64,000 nucleotides of DNA, taken from positions 128,001-192,000 of the forward strand of contig CAXTYC010000001.1 in NCBI GenBank assembly GCA_964248365.1, written 5' to 3'. Origin of the DNA: an uncultured Chroococcidiopsis sp. Lineage in GTDB: Bacteria > Cyanobacteriota > Cyanobacteriia > Cyanobacteriales > Chroococcidiopsidaceae. A program made the position numbers and the translations under genes. Each line of letters starts with the position of its first letter. Positions within the stretch are counted from its first letter, which is position 1. A model generated the notes under the pieces. The model was given only the letters and a program-made list of their open reading frames with translations. It was not told the origin of the DNA and did not search any database. Below are positions 43,319 through 53,598 of the stretch, piece by piece.

Positions 43319-46300
43319 ATGAAACGCATCGTCTTGATTGCTGGGTTTGAATCTTTCAACGCCGACTTGTACCGAAAGGCAGCTCAAGAAGCACTTATCA
43401 GCTGCCCAGAATTAGATATTAGGGTGTTTAGCGATCGCAATATCACTACCCACGCCGCAGAAGTAGAAGCAGCCCTGCAAGGAGCTGATGTGTTTTTCGG
43501 CAGTTTGCTATTTGATTATGACCAAGTATTATGGTTACGCGATCGCATATCTCACATCCCCATTCGCCTGGTGTTCGAGTCAGCCTTGGAATTAATGAGT
43601 TTGACTCAACTCGGTGCGTTTGCGATTGGCGACAAACCCAAAGGAATGCCCAAACCGATTAAATTCATCCTTGATAAATTCAGCCAGGGACGAGAAGAAG
43701 ACAGACTAGCTGGATATCTCAGCTTTTTGAAAGTAGGACCAAAATTATTAAAATACGTACCAGTGCAAAAAGTGCAAGACTTACGCAACTGGTTAATTAT
43801 CTATGGTTATTGGAATGCAGGCGGATCAGATAATGTTGCTGCCCTATTTTGGACACTAGCAGAAAAATATTTAGGAATCAAGGTAGGCGAGATTCCCCCG
43901 CCCCTCGAAACCCCCAACATGGGATTACTACATCCCGACTATCAAGGATTTTTTGAATCACCCCGCGCATACTTGGAATGGTATCAGGGCGAGAGGCGAG
44001 AGGCGTTAGCGAAGCGGGACGAAGTCCGAGGCGAGAGGCGAGAGGACAAGGAGACAATTACCAACTACCGTACGGGCGGGTTTATCAGACATACTTGTGA
44101 ACCTCCAGATACTCGTTTAAACCCGCCCCTACCAACTACCAATTACCAATTACCAGTAGTCGGCATACTGCTGTATCGCAAGCACGTAGTTACGCGCCAG
44201 CCTTATATTCCTCAATTGATTCGCAGCTTTGAACAAGCCGGATTAATACCTTTGCCTATATTTATCAATGGGGTAGAAGGTCATGTCGCTGTGCGAGATT
44301 GGATGACTACCACCCATGAAGTCGCGCAGAGACAACAAGGTAATGTAGAAATTCCTTCCCTGTCCGGTGAAGCAGTTCATGTAGATGCTATTGTCTCTAC
44401 AATTGGCTTTCCTTTAGTTGGTGGTCCTGCTGGCTCAATGGAAGCAGGGCGGCAAGTGGAAGTTGCTAAACGCATCCTGGGGGCTAAAAATGTACCTTAT
44501 ATAGTAGCTTCCCCACTACTGATTCAAGATATTCATTCTTGGACACGACAAGGCATTGGGGGGTTGCAAAGTGTCGTATTATATGCATTGCCAGAATTAG
44601 ATGGCGCGATCGATCCAGTTCCCTTGGGTGGCTTGGTGGGAGAAAAAATTTATCTAATTCCCGAACGGGTACAGCGTTTGATTGGTAGGGTGAAAAACTG
44701 GATTGCCTTGCGGCAAAAGCCAATATCAGAACGCAAAATTGCAGTTATTCTCTATGGCTTCCCGCCTGGTTACGGTGCTACGGGAACAGCTGCTTTACTC
44801 AATGTACCGCGATCGCTCCTCAAGTTCCTGCAAGCACTCAAAGCACAAGGTTACACTGTCGGCGATTTACCTGAAGATCCAGAAGAATTACTTCGCCGCG
44901 TCAAAGAGGCAGATGAAGATTTAATGTCACGCAAAGACGCAAAGGCGCTAAGAGATTCGGAAGGTTCCTTCCTTTGCGCCTTAGCGTCTTTGCGTGAAAC
45001 AAAATCACCAGTTATGGTTCACACGCGGATATTAGAAAAATGGCTGGGATATCTACATACATCTCGAATTGAGAAACATTGGACTTTGACGGGTAGTGGG
45101 ATTAAAACCTATGGAGATGAATTTTTACTCGGTGGTGTGCACTTAGGTAATGTTTGGATTGGTGTGCAGCCGCCATTAGGTATCCCTGGCGATCCGATGC
45201 GGCTGATGTTTGAGCGTGACTTAACTCCTCATCCTCAGTATGCAGCTTTTTATCAATGGTTGCAGCATGGTTTGCAAGCTGATGCTGTTGTTCATTTTGG
45301 GATGCACGGTACTGTTGAATGGTTGCCAGGATCTCCTTTGGGTAATACAGGTTACTCTTGGTCTGATATTCTCTTGGGGAATCTACCTAATCTTTATATA
45401 TATGCGGCTAATAATCCCTCAGAGTCAATTTTGGCAAAGCGGCGGGGTTATGGGGTGATCGTTTCTCATAATGTACCGCCTTATGGTCGGGCTGGGTTGT
45501 ATAAAGAATTAGTCGCCCTGCGAGATTTGATTTCGGAGTATCGGGAAGATCCAGAAAAAAATTATGCTCTGAAGGAGGCGATCTGCAAGAAGATTGTAGA
45601 TACGGGGTTAGATGCCGATTGTCCGTTTGAAGAGGCAAGGCGTTTGGGTATTGCTTTTACTCCTGAAAATGCACGGATGTTTAGTGCAGCTGTGTTTAAT
45701 TCTTATCTGGTGCAGTTGTATGAGTATTTGCAAGTTCTCGAAAATCGTCTTTTCTCTTCTGGGTTGCACGTATTTGGGGAACCTCCTACAACAGAGGAAC
45801 TGGCAAGTTATCTGAAGGCTTATTTTGGGGAGGAGTTGTCGGAGGAGGTGTTGAGTGCGATTACAGAAGGAAACGTAGACGCGGTAGCGGCTTCTCGAAG
45901 AGTACCGCAAAGACGCGCCAGCGAAGCGAAGGGCGATAGCCCGTTAGCACACGAAGGGGGGGAGGAGAGGATAGAAGAGGCGAGGCAAATACGTGATTTG
46001 TTGTTGCAAACAACTGATGAGTTAACAAATCTGTTGCGGGGGTTGAATGGTGAGTATATTTCGCCTGCACCAGGAGGGGATTTGCTCAGGGATGGTATGG
46101 GTGTTTTGCCGACGGGACGTAATATTCATGCTTTAGATCCTTATCGGATGCCGTCGCCTGCTGCTTATGAAAGGGGACGCGCGATCGCTCAAAATATTAT
46201 TACCCAGCATCTACAAGAACATGGGAAATATCCCGAAACTGTTGCTGTAATGTTATGGGGACTAGATGCAATCAAAACCAGGGGCGAATCTCTAGGTATT

Positions 46301-47287
46301 CTTCTAGAATTGGTAGGAGCTGAACCTGTTAAGGAGGGAACTGGGCGCATTGTCCGCTACGAGTTGAAACCTTTGGCAGATGTTGGACATCCGCGCATTG
46401 ATGTGCTAGGGAATCTCTCTGGTATTTTCCGCGATAGTTTTGTCAATATCATTGAATTACTCGATGACTTATTCCAACGGGCGGCTGATGCTGATGAACC
46501 AGAGGACAAAAATTTTATTCGCCTCCATGCTAAGGCTTTAAAAGCACAGGGCGTAGAAAATCCCTCGGCTAGGTTATTTTCTAACCCAGCAGGAGATTTT
46601 GGTTCAATGGTGAATGAGCGTGTGGTAGATAGTAGTTGGGAATCAGGCAATGAGTTGGGTGATACTTGGCGCGATCGCAATGTTTTTAGTTATGGTAGAC
46701 AAGATAAAGGTAATGCTAGACCAGAAATTCTCACTCAATTGTTGCACTCTTGCGATCGCATTGTGCAAGAAATTGACTCAGTTGAATATGGTCTAACTGA
46801 TATCCAAGAATACTACGCCAATACAGGCGGCTTGAAAAAAGCAGCCGAAAAACAACAGGGTAAAAAGGTTAACGCCAGTTTTGTCGAAAGCTTCTCTAAA
46901 GACACCACACCGCGCAACCTCGAAGACTTACTTAGAATGGAGTATCGCACCAAGTTACTGAACCCCAAGTGGGCGGAAGCAATGGCGAATCAAGGTTCAG
47001 GTGGTGCATTTGAAATTTCCCAGCGGATGACTGCACTCATTGGTTGGGGAGGTACTGCAAATTTTACTGATTCATGGGTATACGATGGAGCAGCCGATAC
47101 TTATGCCCTAGATCAAGATATGGCGCAAAAATTGCAACAAGCGAACCCTGAAGCCTTCCGCAATATTGTCGCCAGAATGCTAGAAGCGCATGGACGAGGT
47201 TTCTGGCAACCGAGTGAGGATAAGTTAGAAAAGCTACGCGAATTATACGAATTAACCGATGAGGAACTCGAAGGCGTAAAGATTTAA
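43319..47287 (+). CDS. bchH: Magnesium chelatase subunit H paralog
   Basis: TIGFPLVGGPAG, HFGMHGTVEWLPG, NNPSE..LAKRRG, LPTGRNIHALDP, RTKLLNPKW. Confidence 0.92.
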   Translation: MKRIVLIAGFESFNADLYRKAAQEALISCPELDIRVFSDRNITTHAAEVEAALQGADVFFGSLLFDYDQVLWLRDRISHIPIRLVFESALELMSLTQLGAFAIGDKPKGMPKPIKFILDKFSQGREEDRLAGYLSFLKVGPKLLKYVPVQKVQDLRNWLIIYGYWNAGGSDNVAALFWTLAEKYLGIKVGEIPPPLETPNMGLLHPDYQGFFESPRAYLEWYQGERREALAKRDEVRGERREDKETITNYRTGGFIRHTCEPPDTRLNPPLPTTNYQLPVVGILLYRKHVVTRQPYIPQLIRSFEQAGLIPLPIFINGVEGHVAVRDWMTTTHEVAQRQQGNVEIPSLSGEAVHVDAIVSTIGFPLVGGPAGSMEAGRQVEVAKRILGAKNVPYIVASPLLIQDIHSWTRQGIGGLQSVVLYALPELDGAIDPVPLGGLVGEKIYLIPERVQRLIGRVKNWIALRQKPISERKIAVILYGFPPGYGATGTAALLNVPRSLLKFLQALKAQGYTVGDLPEDPEELLRRVKEADEDLMSRKDAKALRDSEGSFLCALASLRETKSPVMVHTRILEKWLGYLHTSRIEKHWTLTGSGIKTYGDEFLLGGVHLGNVWIGVQPPLGIPGDPMRLMFERDLTPHPQYAAFYQWLQHGLQADAVVHFGMHGTVEWLPGSPLGNTGYSWSDILLGNLPNLYIYAANNPSESILAKRRGYGVIVSHNVPPYGRAGLYKELVALRDLISEYREDPEKNYALKEAICKKIVDTGLDADCPFEEARRLGIAFTPENARMFSAAVFNSYLVQLYEYLQVLENRLFSSGLHVFGEPPTTEELASYLKAYFGEELSEEVLSAITEGNVDAVAASRRVPQRRASEAKGDSPLAHEGGEERIEEARQIRDLLLQTTDELTNLLRGLNGEYISPAPGGDLLRDGMGVLPTGRNIHALDPYRMPSPAAYERGRAIAQNIITQHLQEHGKYPETVAVMLWGLDAIKTRGESLGILLELVGAEPVKEGTGRIVRYELKPLADVGHPRIDVLGNLSGIFRDSFVNIIELLDDLFQRAADADEPEDKNFIRLHAKALKAQGVENPSARLFSNPAGDFGSMVNERVVDSSWESGNELGDTWRDRNVFSYGRQDKGNARPEILTQLLHSCDRIVQEIDSVEYGLTDIQEYYANTGGLKKAAEKQQGKKVNASFVESFSKDTTPRNLEDLLRMEYRTKLLNPKWAEAMANQGSGGAFEISQRMTALIGWGGTANFTDSWVYDGAADTYALDQDMAQKLQQANPEAFRNIVARMLEAHGRGFWQPSEDKLEKLRELYELTDEELEGVKI

Positions 47288-47290
47288 CGG

Positions 47291-47320
47291 GTAGGGTGCG
47301 TTAACGCAGTGTAACGCACC
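47291..47320. repeat. REP-like palindrome GTAGGGTGCGTTA...TAACGCACC
   Basis: Hairpin after bchH stop; relative at 51877-51900. Confidence 0.75.
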
Positions 47321-47470
47321 TGACAAATCGAATTGATAAAACTTCTTATGTGTGAGCTTTTCAAAATCCAAGAACCCCTCATCTAAAATATAGCAGTAAG
47401 TAGATAGATTAGGACAAGCCAATTTACTAGAAGACAATTGTTACAGGACTTTTTACCCTACTCCCTACTC

Positions 47471-47532
47471 CCGTACGGGCGGGTTGATCAAGCATACTTG
47501 TAAGCAAACAGGTAACTCATTTAAACCCGCCC
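47471..47532. repeat. Palindromic dispersed repeat CCGTACGGGCGGG...AAACCCGCCC
   Basis: Homologous copy lies inside bchH at 44068-44128. Confidence 0.8.
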
Positions 47533-47554
47533 TTCTTTACTCCCTACTATAGTA

Positions 47555-48109
47555 TTACGAACACCCCTCAATATATTCGACTTGGGGACGTTTACCGGAT
47601 CTGAATTGAGTTACTCGCTTGCCGTCAGTCTCAAATATTACACGATAGTTGCTATCTGCGCGGTCTTTTGGTACTAACGTCAGGTAATGCCCACCTTGAA
47701 CGTATTTATGAGGGGTAACTTGAATTTGTCCCTGGTAGAGTGACTTGATTTTGGCTTCCGTATCACCAATCTTCGCGCCGCTGTGGGTAGTAATGCTCCT
47801 ATTTTTCCACACATCTACTCTAGCAATGTGATCCCCCACTACCATAAATCCAATCGAGTTGGGTTCTCGTTGCGGCTTGACGTAAAAGCAACTGGAATTA
47901 ACTTGATAGCCATCCTCTCGAACAAGCCTCGTACCAGCAGCTTTTGATGCTTCAGCTACAGTCATACCAACTCGAACTGATCCAATACCATTAATATATA
48001 CTTTCGAGGAGTTTGTAAGTTTTGTTTGTGCTATTACTGCCTCTACACTCAGAGAAAAAAAAGCAAGTGTGCCGAGCAAAAAAGTTAAAAAAGGAGTGCG
48101 GCAGGACAT
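47555..48109 (-). CDS. Hypothetical secreted protein
   Basis: Signal peptide, GIGSVRVGMT...YIEGCS; start uncertain. Confidence 0.75.
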   Translation of the reverse strand: MSCRTPFLTFLLGTLAFFSLSVEAVIAQTKLTNSSKVYINGIGSVRVGMTVAEASKAAGTRLVREDGYQVNSSCFYVKPQREPNSIGFMVVGDHIARVDVWKNRSITTHSGAKIGDTEAKIKSLYQGQIQVTPHKYVQGGHYLTLVPKDRADSNYRVIFETDGKRVTQFRSGKRPQVEYIEGCS

Positions 48110-48284
48110 GGCAACGCTATTAATAATTCTCGGTTTAATTAGCATTTCAACTTTAATCAAATGAGCGACAATAAAAGGAAATTGTTGCCAAAATTGTCAA
48201 ATCAACGCCCGCATTTGCCAAATGTAGCCAGACACGAGGATTAGGAGTCTCTTAACCCAAGCTCGAGCGCAAGAGCGCCCCTCT

Positions 48285-49793
48285 TCAATCAGCCTCAATT
48301 TGTCTGGCTACCGTCAGCGCTGAATAACTCACACCCGCTGTTCCTTCGCCTGGATGGGTGGAGTCACCAACTAACCACAGGTGCTTAATCGGTGTACGAG
48401 TAGCAAAACCAAAAGGACCAAAAGTAGGGATTCTTTGACCGATACCGCCGACTATACCTTGATCGCGCGCAGTATAACGGGCAAAGGTGCGGGGTGTAGC
48501 GGCTTCTTGGTGGAGAATGGTTTCTGGGGTGAGATGGAAGAATTGGGAAAGTTTTGCGATCGCCTCTTGTGTATACTTCTCCTTCATCGCCTCATAATCA
48601 TCATCTCGCCACCAAGGATTTGGATCTACAAACGAAGATGCAATAATTGTCGCCTTCCCTTCTGGGGCGCGTCCATCTCCTGGTTTGCTGACTGAGACAA
48701 ACAGAGAATTATTTTCCCCAATTGGACCCGTCGCATCATACATAAATTGTAAGTGGGGCGGACACCTTGGGGGAATGGCGCTTTCGTCTACACCCAAATA
48801 CACTACAAATGCACCTGACGCAGATGGTAGTTTTTCCACTCGCTGTTTGTAGCCTTGGGGTGCATTTTTACCCAATAATTGCACCAGATTTTGTACTGTT
48901 ACATTAGCAACTACATGATCGGCTGGTTCTGTCCAAGCTTCCCCAGTTTTCTGATTGCGAATTACTACACCCACTGCTTTACCATTCTCTACTTTGATGC
49001 GATCGCCAGTATGTTGCATTAATAGCTTACCGCCATCTCGTGTTAAAGATTCTTCTAGGCGATCGCTCAATACTTGCATACTACCTTGAAGATGAAATAA
49101 TCCTTGCGGTAACTGAGAAACACTCAATGCTGTCGCCGCATAAAGTAGGGCTGTTTCGTCTGCATCCACCTGAGAATAAAGCTTGAGTTGCAGATCTAAA
49201 AACGTCCTCAACCGCCAGTCATCTTCTAATCCATGACCGCGCAAAGCACCCCCTACTGTTAAAAAAGTGTAGGGTAGAGTAAACAAAGTTCCCAAACGCA
49301 ATGCTTTTGTTAGTTGCCACAAATCCCACACATTGCGCGGTGGTAAAATTGGATCGCGTTGCTGAAACTCCCAACTCGCCCTGAATAAGTCATCCATCAG
49401 TAACCAAAAGCGATCGCTACCAGGAAACTGTTGCTGTCTTTCTAGCTTCCACCTTTTGGGATCTCGCCAAACATTTATCGGTTGAGTTTCGCCAGGTAAA
49501 TACACCGCACAAGCAGGATCGCAGGGTGTTGCTGCTGGTAAATCTATTTCCAGTTCTGAGAAAATGCGATGGTGAATTCCTCCTGGTTCCAATCCCGCTA
49601 CTTGAGTAGCACCTACATCGAAAGTAAAGCCTTTGCGTTTGAAGGTAGAAGCACATCCCCCAGGTACAAGGGCTTGATCTACTACTATGACTTGATAGCC
49701 ACGCTTGCACAGTAACGCCCCAGCTGTCAAACCACCAATTCCAGCACCTATTACTACTACACGGGATTTATTATTGGCTTGACGGCTTGACAT
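48285..49793 (-). CDS. crtD: Carotenoid C-3',4' desaturase
   Basis: GAGIGG FAD motif, FDVGATQVAGLEPGGIH, GDSTHPGEGTAGVS. Confidence 0.88.
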   Translation of the reverse strand: MSSRQANNKSRVVVIGAGIGGLTAGALLCKRGYQVIVVDQALVPGGCASTFKRKGFTFDVGATQVAGLEPGGIHHRIFSELEIDLPAATPCDPACAVYLPGETQPINVWRDPKRWKLERQQQFPGSDRFWLLMDDLFRASWEFQQRDPILPPRNVWDLWQLTKALRLGTLFTLPYTFLTVGGALRGHGLEDDWRLRTFLDLQLKLYSQVDADETALLYAATALSVSQLPQGLFHLQGSMQVLSDRLEESLTRDGGKLLMQHTGDRIKVENGKAVGVVIRNQKTGEAWTEPADHVVANVTVQNLVQLLGKNAPQGYKQRVEKLPSASGAFVVYLGVDESAIPPRCPPHLQFMYDATGPIGENNSLFVSVSKPGDGRAPEGKATIIASSFVDPNPWWRDDDYEAMKEKYTQEAIAKLSQFFHLTPETILHQEAATPRTFARYTARDQGIVGGIGQRIPTFGPFGFATRTPIKHLWLVGDSTHPGEGTAGVSYSALTVARQIEAD

Positions 49794-50011
49794 GAGTTAA
49801 GAGTTAAAAATTTCTTCTACACTATCTTTATATAATTTAGTTTAACCAATTTTCCACAATCAAGCAAATCTTATATTTCCAGCATCAATTAAAGCTTGTT
49901 TGAGCAAATTAGATGTTGAAGAACTTAGTTTAGGAAGGTTAGCTAGGATAAGCAAATCATAGTATTATTTAATTATTCTAGCTATCTTATTTAATTCAAT
50001 ATTTATTTCAT

Positions 50012-50917
50012 TCAAAAAGGAATATCAGCGTAGCTTGGCTCCACAGCTTTAGGAAGCTTTTGAATAGCTAGATATTTGAAGTTTATGTTACTTCTGGGAA
50101 TTAAACCATCAGCACCAGTAAGAAGATTATTTCTAATAACTGGTGGCAGTATAAGCGATGAGTGCAAATGAATGTCTCCTGCAGTATAGCTACGTATGAT
50201 TTTTGATTTAGTGCTGATGCTAACGTATGCCTCAATCTGCTCCATTAAACTAACAACTGATCTATAGTTCAAATCCGCTATTATAATAATACTGTTAGCA
50301 GGCATCTCTGTAATTAGAAAATCTAGGTTCTTAATAAATATTTCAGAATTAGAGATAAACTCGTTTAAGCAATTTTGGACAAAAAACAAATTACTAGTTT
50401 GAATTATGTCTCTAATTGAAGGGAAAACATTTTTTTGACATAGATTGAGACTATATCCATTTAGCGTGAATTCCCAACCTGGACATAAATTTGCTACAAC
50501 ATCCTTTGTAATTTCTCTACTTCTACTCCATGTACTTGCAGCAATGTCATAAGTATGGGCTACAGCATATTTAGCAGCGGAGTAATTAGAACTTAGGTAT
50601 TTTACCCAAGCAACAGTTTCAGGTGCTGGACCAGCACAAAAGAAACAAGCCTGTAACTTTCTAGAGCCTACAAAGCAAGAATGAAGGTAATTATAATTAA
50701 GATCACAAAGAACCTTAAAAGTCATTTCAGTATACTGTGGGTAGTAAGCCAGGAGATATGCCGCCTGGATATTAGAGTCACTGTAATCAACCGTCACTTG
50801 ATTTACTTTATAGCTCTGCCTTAACTGTTTTACATAATCCTGTAAACTTTGTAAGTAAAGTTCTACGTTATTAATTTGATTGTGCTTGACAATACCATCC
50901 AGAATGTAGCTATACAT
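50012..50917 (-). CDS. Putative SAM-dependent methyltransferase-fold protein ending in YADIPF
   Basis: AAYLLAYYP, motif-I-like FFCAGPAPE, FVQNCLNE, IIIIAD; AT-rich, no HIP1 seen. Confidence 0.6.
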   Translation of the reverse strand: MYSYILDGIVKHNQINNVELYLQSLQDYVKQLRQSYKVNQVTVDYSDSNIQAAYLLAYYPQYTEMTFKVLCDLNYNYLHSCFVGSRKLQACFFCAGPAPETVAWVKYLSSNYSAAKYAVAHTYDIAASTWSRSREITKDVVANLCPGWEFTLNGYSLNLCQKNVFPSIRDIIQTSNLFFVQNCLNEFISNSEIFIKNLDFLITEMPANSIIIIADLNYRSVVSLMEQIEAYVSISTKSKIIRSYTAGDIHLHSSLILPPVIRNNLLTGADGLIPRSNINFKYLAIQKLPKAVEPSYADIPF

Positions 50918-51084
50918 TGGAAGGGTTGATGTGCGTTTTACAATTCAAGGATAAAAAACACATCAACTATGTGATAACAGTACTTCCTCTGAATTATTTC
51001 AATATTGATTTTCCCTAATTTTACTTATGCTTTAGTTTATCTAATCTTCATTTTAAGCTAACACAAACTCCTTTGACTAAACTT

Positions 51085-51735
51085 TCATTTTATTACTCTG
51101 AAGGTAAGATTAATTCTTGGTTCAACTAACTTAGCTGTCTTTGGTATTTGATGCTGCCAAAAATGCTGAGTAGAACCTTTCATGAGCAGAAAAGTTCCAT
51201 GAGCTAAATTTACTTCCTTTTTTAGCTCTTTTTTGTACTTATGCCTAAACATAAAGCGTCGTGTTCCACCAAAGCTAACAGATCCAATTACTGGATTTTC
51301 ACCTAGTTCAGGTTCATCATCACTGTGCCAAGCTACGCTATCACTACCACTTCGATATAAATTAAGCAATACGCTATTAAATTCAACTCCTGATAAAACT
51401 TCTATTTTGGATTTTATTTCTAGTAATGTGGGAGTCCAAGGCTGAGGATTCATTGCTATTTTTGAGTATGTGTAGGACTTTCCACTATCTCCATACCAAG
51501 CTGTAAGTCTAGGTATAGGAACAGAATTACCATACATTTTTATATATTCTTGTTTCCAATTCGGATCGTTGTACAAATTTGAAAATAATTGATTACTTTC
51601 CTTTTCGTCAAATAAAGTTTGGTAGATAACAATATCACCTTCAGGCATTGATAATGAGTCTGCTATCGGCTGGCTTGTTTTTGGTGTCTTTTCTGAATTT
51701 TCTAATTTGTCCCAAAGACCCTTTTGCTTATACAT
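51085..51735 (-). CDS. AlkB-family 2OG-Fe(II) dioxygenase (ALKBH2/3-like)
   Basis: PRLTAWYG, NSVLLNLYR, WHSDDE, WQHQIPK, RINLTFR. Confidence 0.93.
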   Translation of the reverse strand: MYKQKGLWDKLENSEKTPKTSQPIADSLSMPEGDIVIYQTLFDEKESNQLFSNLYNDPNWKQEYIKMYGNSVPIPRLTAWYGDSGKSYTYSKIAMNPQPWTPTLLEIKSKIEVLSGVEFNSVLLNLYRSGSDSVAWHSDDEPELGENPVIGSVSFGGTRRFMFRHKYKKELKKEVNLAHGTFLLMKGSTQHFWQHQIPKTAKLVEPRINLTFRVIK

Positions 51736-51907
51736 ATTAAACCGAATAATTCGCTACTTTGATCTTCCTCTAATTTAACTAATAATATGCTGCCTTTTGT
51801 ATTTTTAGGCAATGTTTAAAGATAGTGAATATATACGTGAAGATTTAGCAAATACTTACGCAGTAAGCAAGTAGTAGTAGGGTGTAGCAACGCACCCTAC
51901 AGACAAA

Positions 51908-53227
51908 CTAAAACATCCAGTTCACTTGCAAGCCTACAATATCGACAGAATTATCGAATTTCCCTGTCAAATTGCCGTTGGTTGTACTCACCTGATTGAT
52001 TTGGGTATCATCAACAAAAAGATGGGCATACCCTATATCAAAGCTGAGTGAGTCAGATGCTTTGTAACTTGCACCAATCGCTAGCCATGTCCGATTACTA
52101 TCAGGAATTCTCGGTGTGATATACTTTTCATCAGCAGGGCTTTCGTCATAGGCAACACCAGCACGTAATTGCCAAGCATTATTTAATGTGTAATTGACTC
52201 CCAACGCATAGCGAAAAGTGTCATGCCAATTTTCAGGTAGGACGCTATCGGGTTGTACTGGGTTATCGAATTTAATTCGTAACTCCTCAAAACGACTCCA
52301 ACCAGTCCAAGTAATATCGGCTGTAGCTGCTAGGCGCGGACTAAGTTGCTGGTAGGCGCTAAGTGATACTGTTGCAGGTAATTTCAATTTCGCCCTAATA
52401 TCACTATCTGTGAAGCGACCAGTTGCTGCCAAGGGTGCGGCGGCTGTAGGTACTCTAAAGTCTGCGTCTCCTTCTAAATTGTGCGTGATGGGGGAACGAA
52501 AAGCTAACCCAATTCTGGTATTCTGGCTAGGTTCGTACAGCAAACCCAGATTATATCCCCAACTCCAGTCATCGCCATTAAGTTCAACAAAACCGTCGGC
52601 TGTTTGAGGGCGTGTAGGTAATCTATTACCCAAGCCAATTAAACCGAAATCGATCCCATTGGTAAGTTTAGCATTTGCATATTGCAAGTTGATACCAGCG
52701 CCGACAGATAAGTTATCAGTTAGCTTAGCTGCTAGGGTGGGATTGATGTTGATCGTAGTCAGTTCTGAATCAATCGCGTAGTAACGCCCTACCCAGGTGT
52801 CATTGTATTTTGTTTTTAGACCAAAGGGCGAATTGATGCCTAAACCAAGCTTGATGCGATCGCTAACATCCCACGCAGCATACAAATTTGGTAGTAAGAT
52901 ATTAGCACCACCATCGCCACCATTATTCCCAGTAAGTGGAGTGCCTGTAACAATGGTAGATCCTCTGTTCTGGAATACAGCCGACGGAGATATATAGTAT
53001 ACAGCAGCATTTACAGAACTGCCTGATAAGCGAGTTAGCCCCGCTGGATTAAAAAATATTGTACTGGCATCTTCAGCCGCCGCACTGCCAGAAAAGGCAT
53101 TGCCCAAACCACGTACACTCTGTTCAGTAATCGCAAAGCCTGACGCTAAAGCAGAAGCAGCTGTACCAATAATACCCAAACACACCAAAAACGGCAACAA
53201 CGCCGCATTCAATCGAAGCTTTCTCAC
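51908..53227 (-). CDS. OmpP1/FadL-family outer-membrane hydrophobic-compound channel
   Basis: GF...EQS..GLGNAF, DASTIFFNPAG, PFGL, TININP, C-terminal F. Confidence 0.92.
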   Translation of the reverse strand: MRKLRLNAALLPFLVCLGIIGTAASALASGFAITEQSVRGLGNAFSGSAAAEDASTIFFNPAGLTRLSGSSVNAAVYYISPSAVFQNRGSTIVTGTPLTGNNGGDGGANILLPNLYAAWDVSDRIKLGLGINSPFGLKTKYNDTWVGRYYAIDSELTTININPTLAAKLTDNLSVGAGINLQYANAKLTNGIDFGLIGLGNRLPTRPQTADGFVELNGDDWSWGYNLGLLYEPSQNTRIGLAFRSPITHNLEGDADFRVPTAAAPLAATGRFTDSDIRAKLKLPATVSLSAYQQLSPRLAATADITWTGWSRFEELRIKFDNPVQPDSVLPENWHDTFRYALGVNYTLNNAWQLRAGVAYDESPADEKYITPRIPDSNRTWLAIGASYKASDSLSFDIGYAHLFVDDTQINQVSTTNGNLTGKFDNSVDIVGLQVNWMF

Positions 53228-53526
53228 TGTGATTTCTAATTTTTCGGTACACCAACTATAGACCTTTGAGATGTTACACTTATAGCTTTAAAGTAAATAA
53301 ATAAATTATTAAATAGTTACAATTTTTTATAGTTTTGCTCATTAAGTTGATTAATTCGTAATTTATAATTTTGCTTACTCTCCTACGGGAATTTACCAAA
53401 CATTCTTGTAAGTACGGGCTGAGCGTCGCTATATGCCTTTACAGTATATGATGACTTTTTTAATATTGAGAATTACAAAATAACGAAACTAGTGGAGAGA
53501 TTATTAACGAACAATGAACAAGTGGT

Positions 53527-53580
53527 AATTGGGAATTGATAATTGATAATTGATAATTGATAATTGATAATTGATAATTG
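53527..53580. repeat. Tandem heptamer (AATTGAT)n directly upstream of ureD
   Basis: About 7 near-perfect tandem copies. Confidence 0.9.
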
Positions 53581-53598
53581 TCCCCCAGCCCCTTACCA

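Noticed and set aside
43988..45962. Inteins or introns in bchH
   Set aside because: Inserts are short, lack intein C/S...HN ends and group I/II features, and match dispersed repeats
53230..53598. NtcA site upstream of ureD
   Set aside because: No GTA-N8-TAC match found by eye
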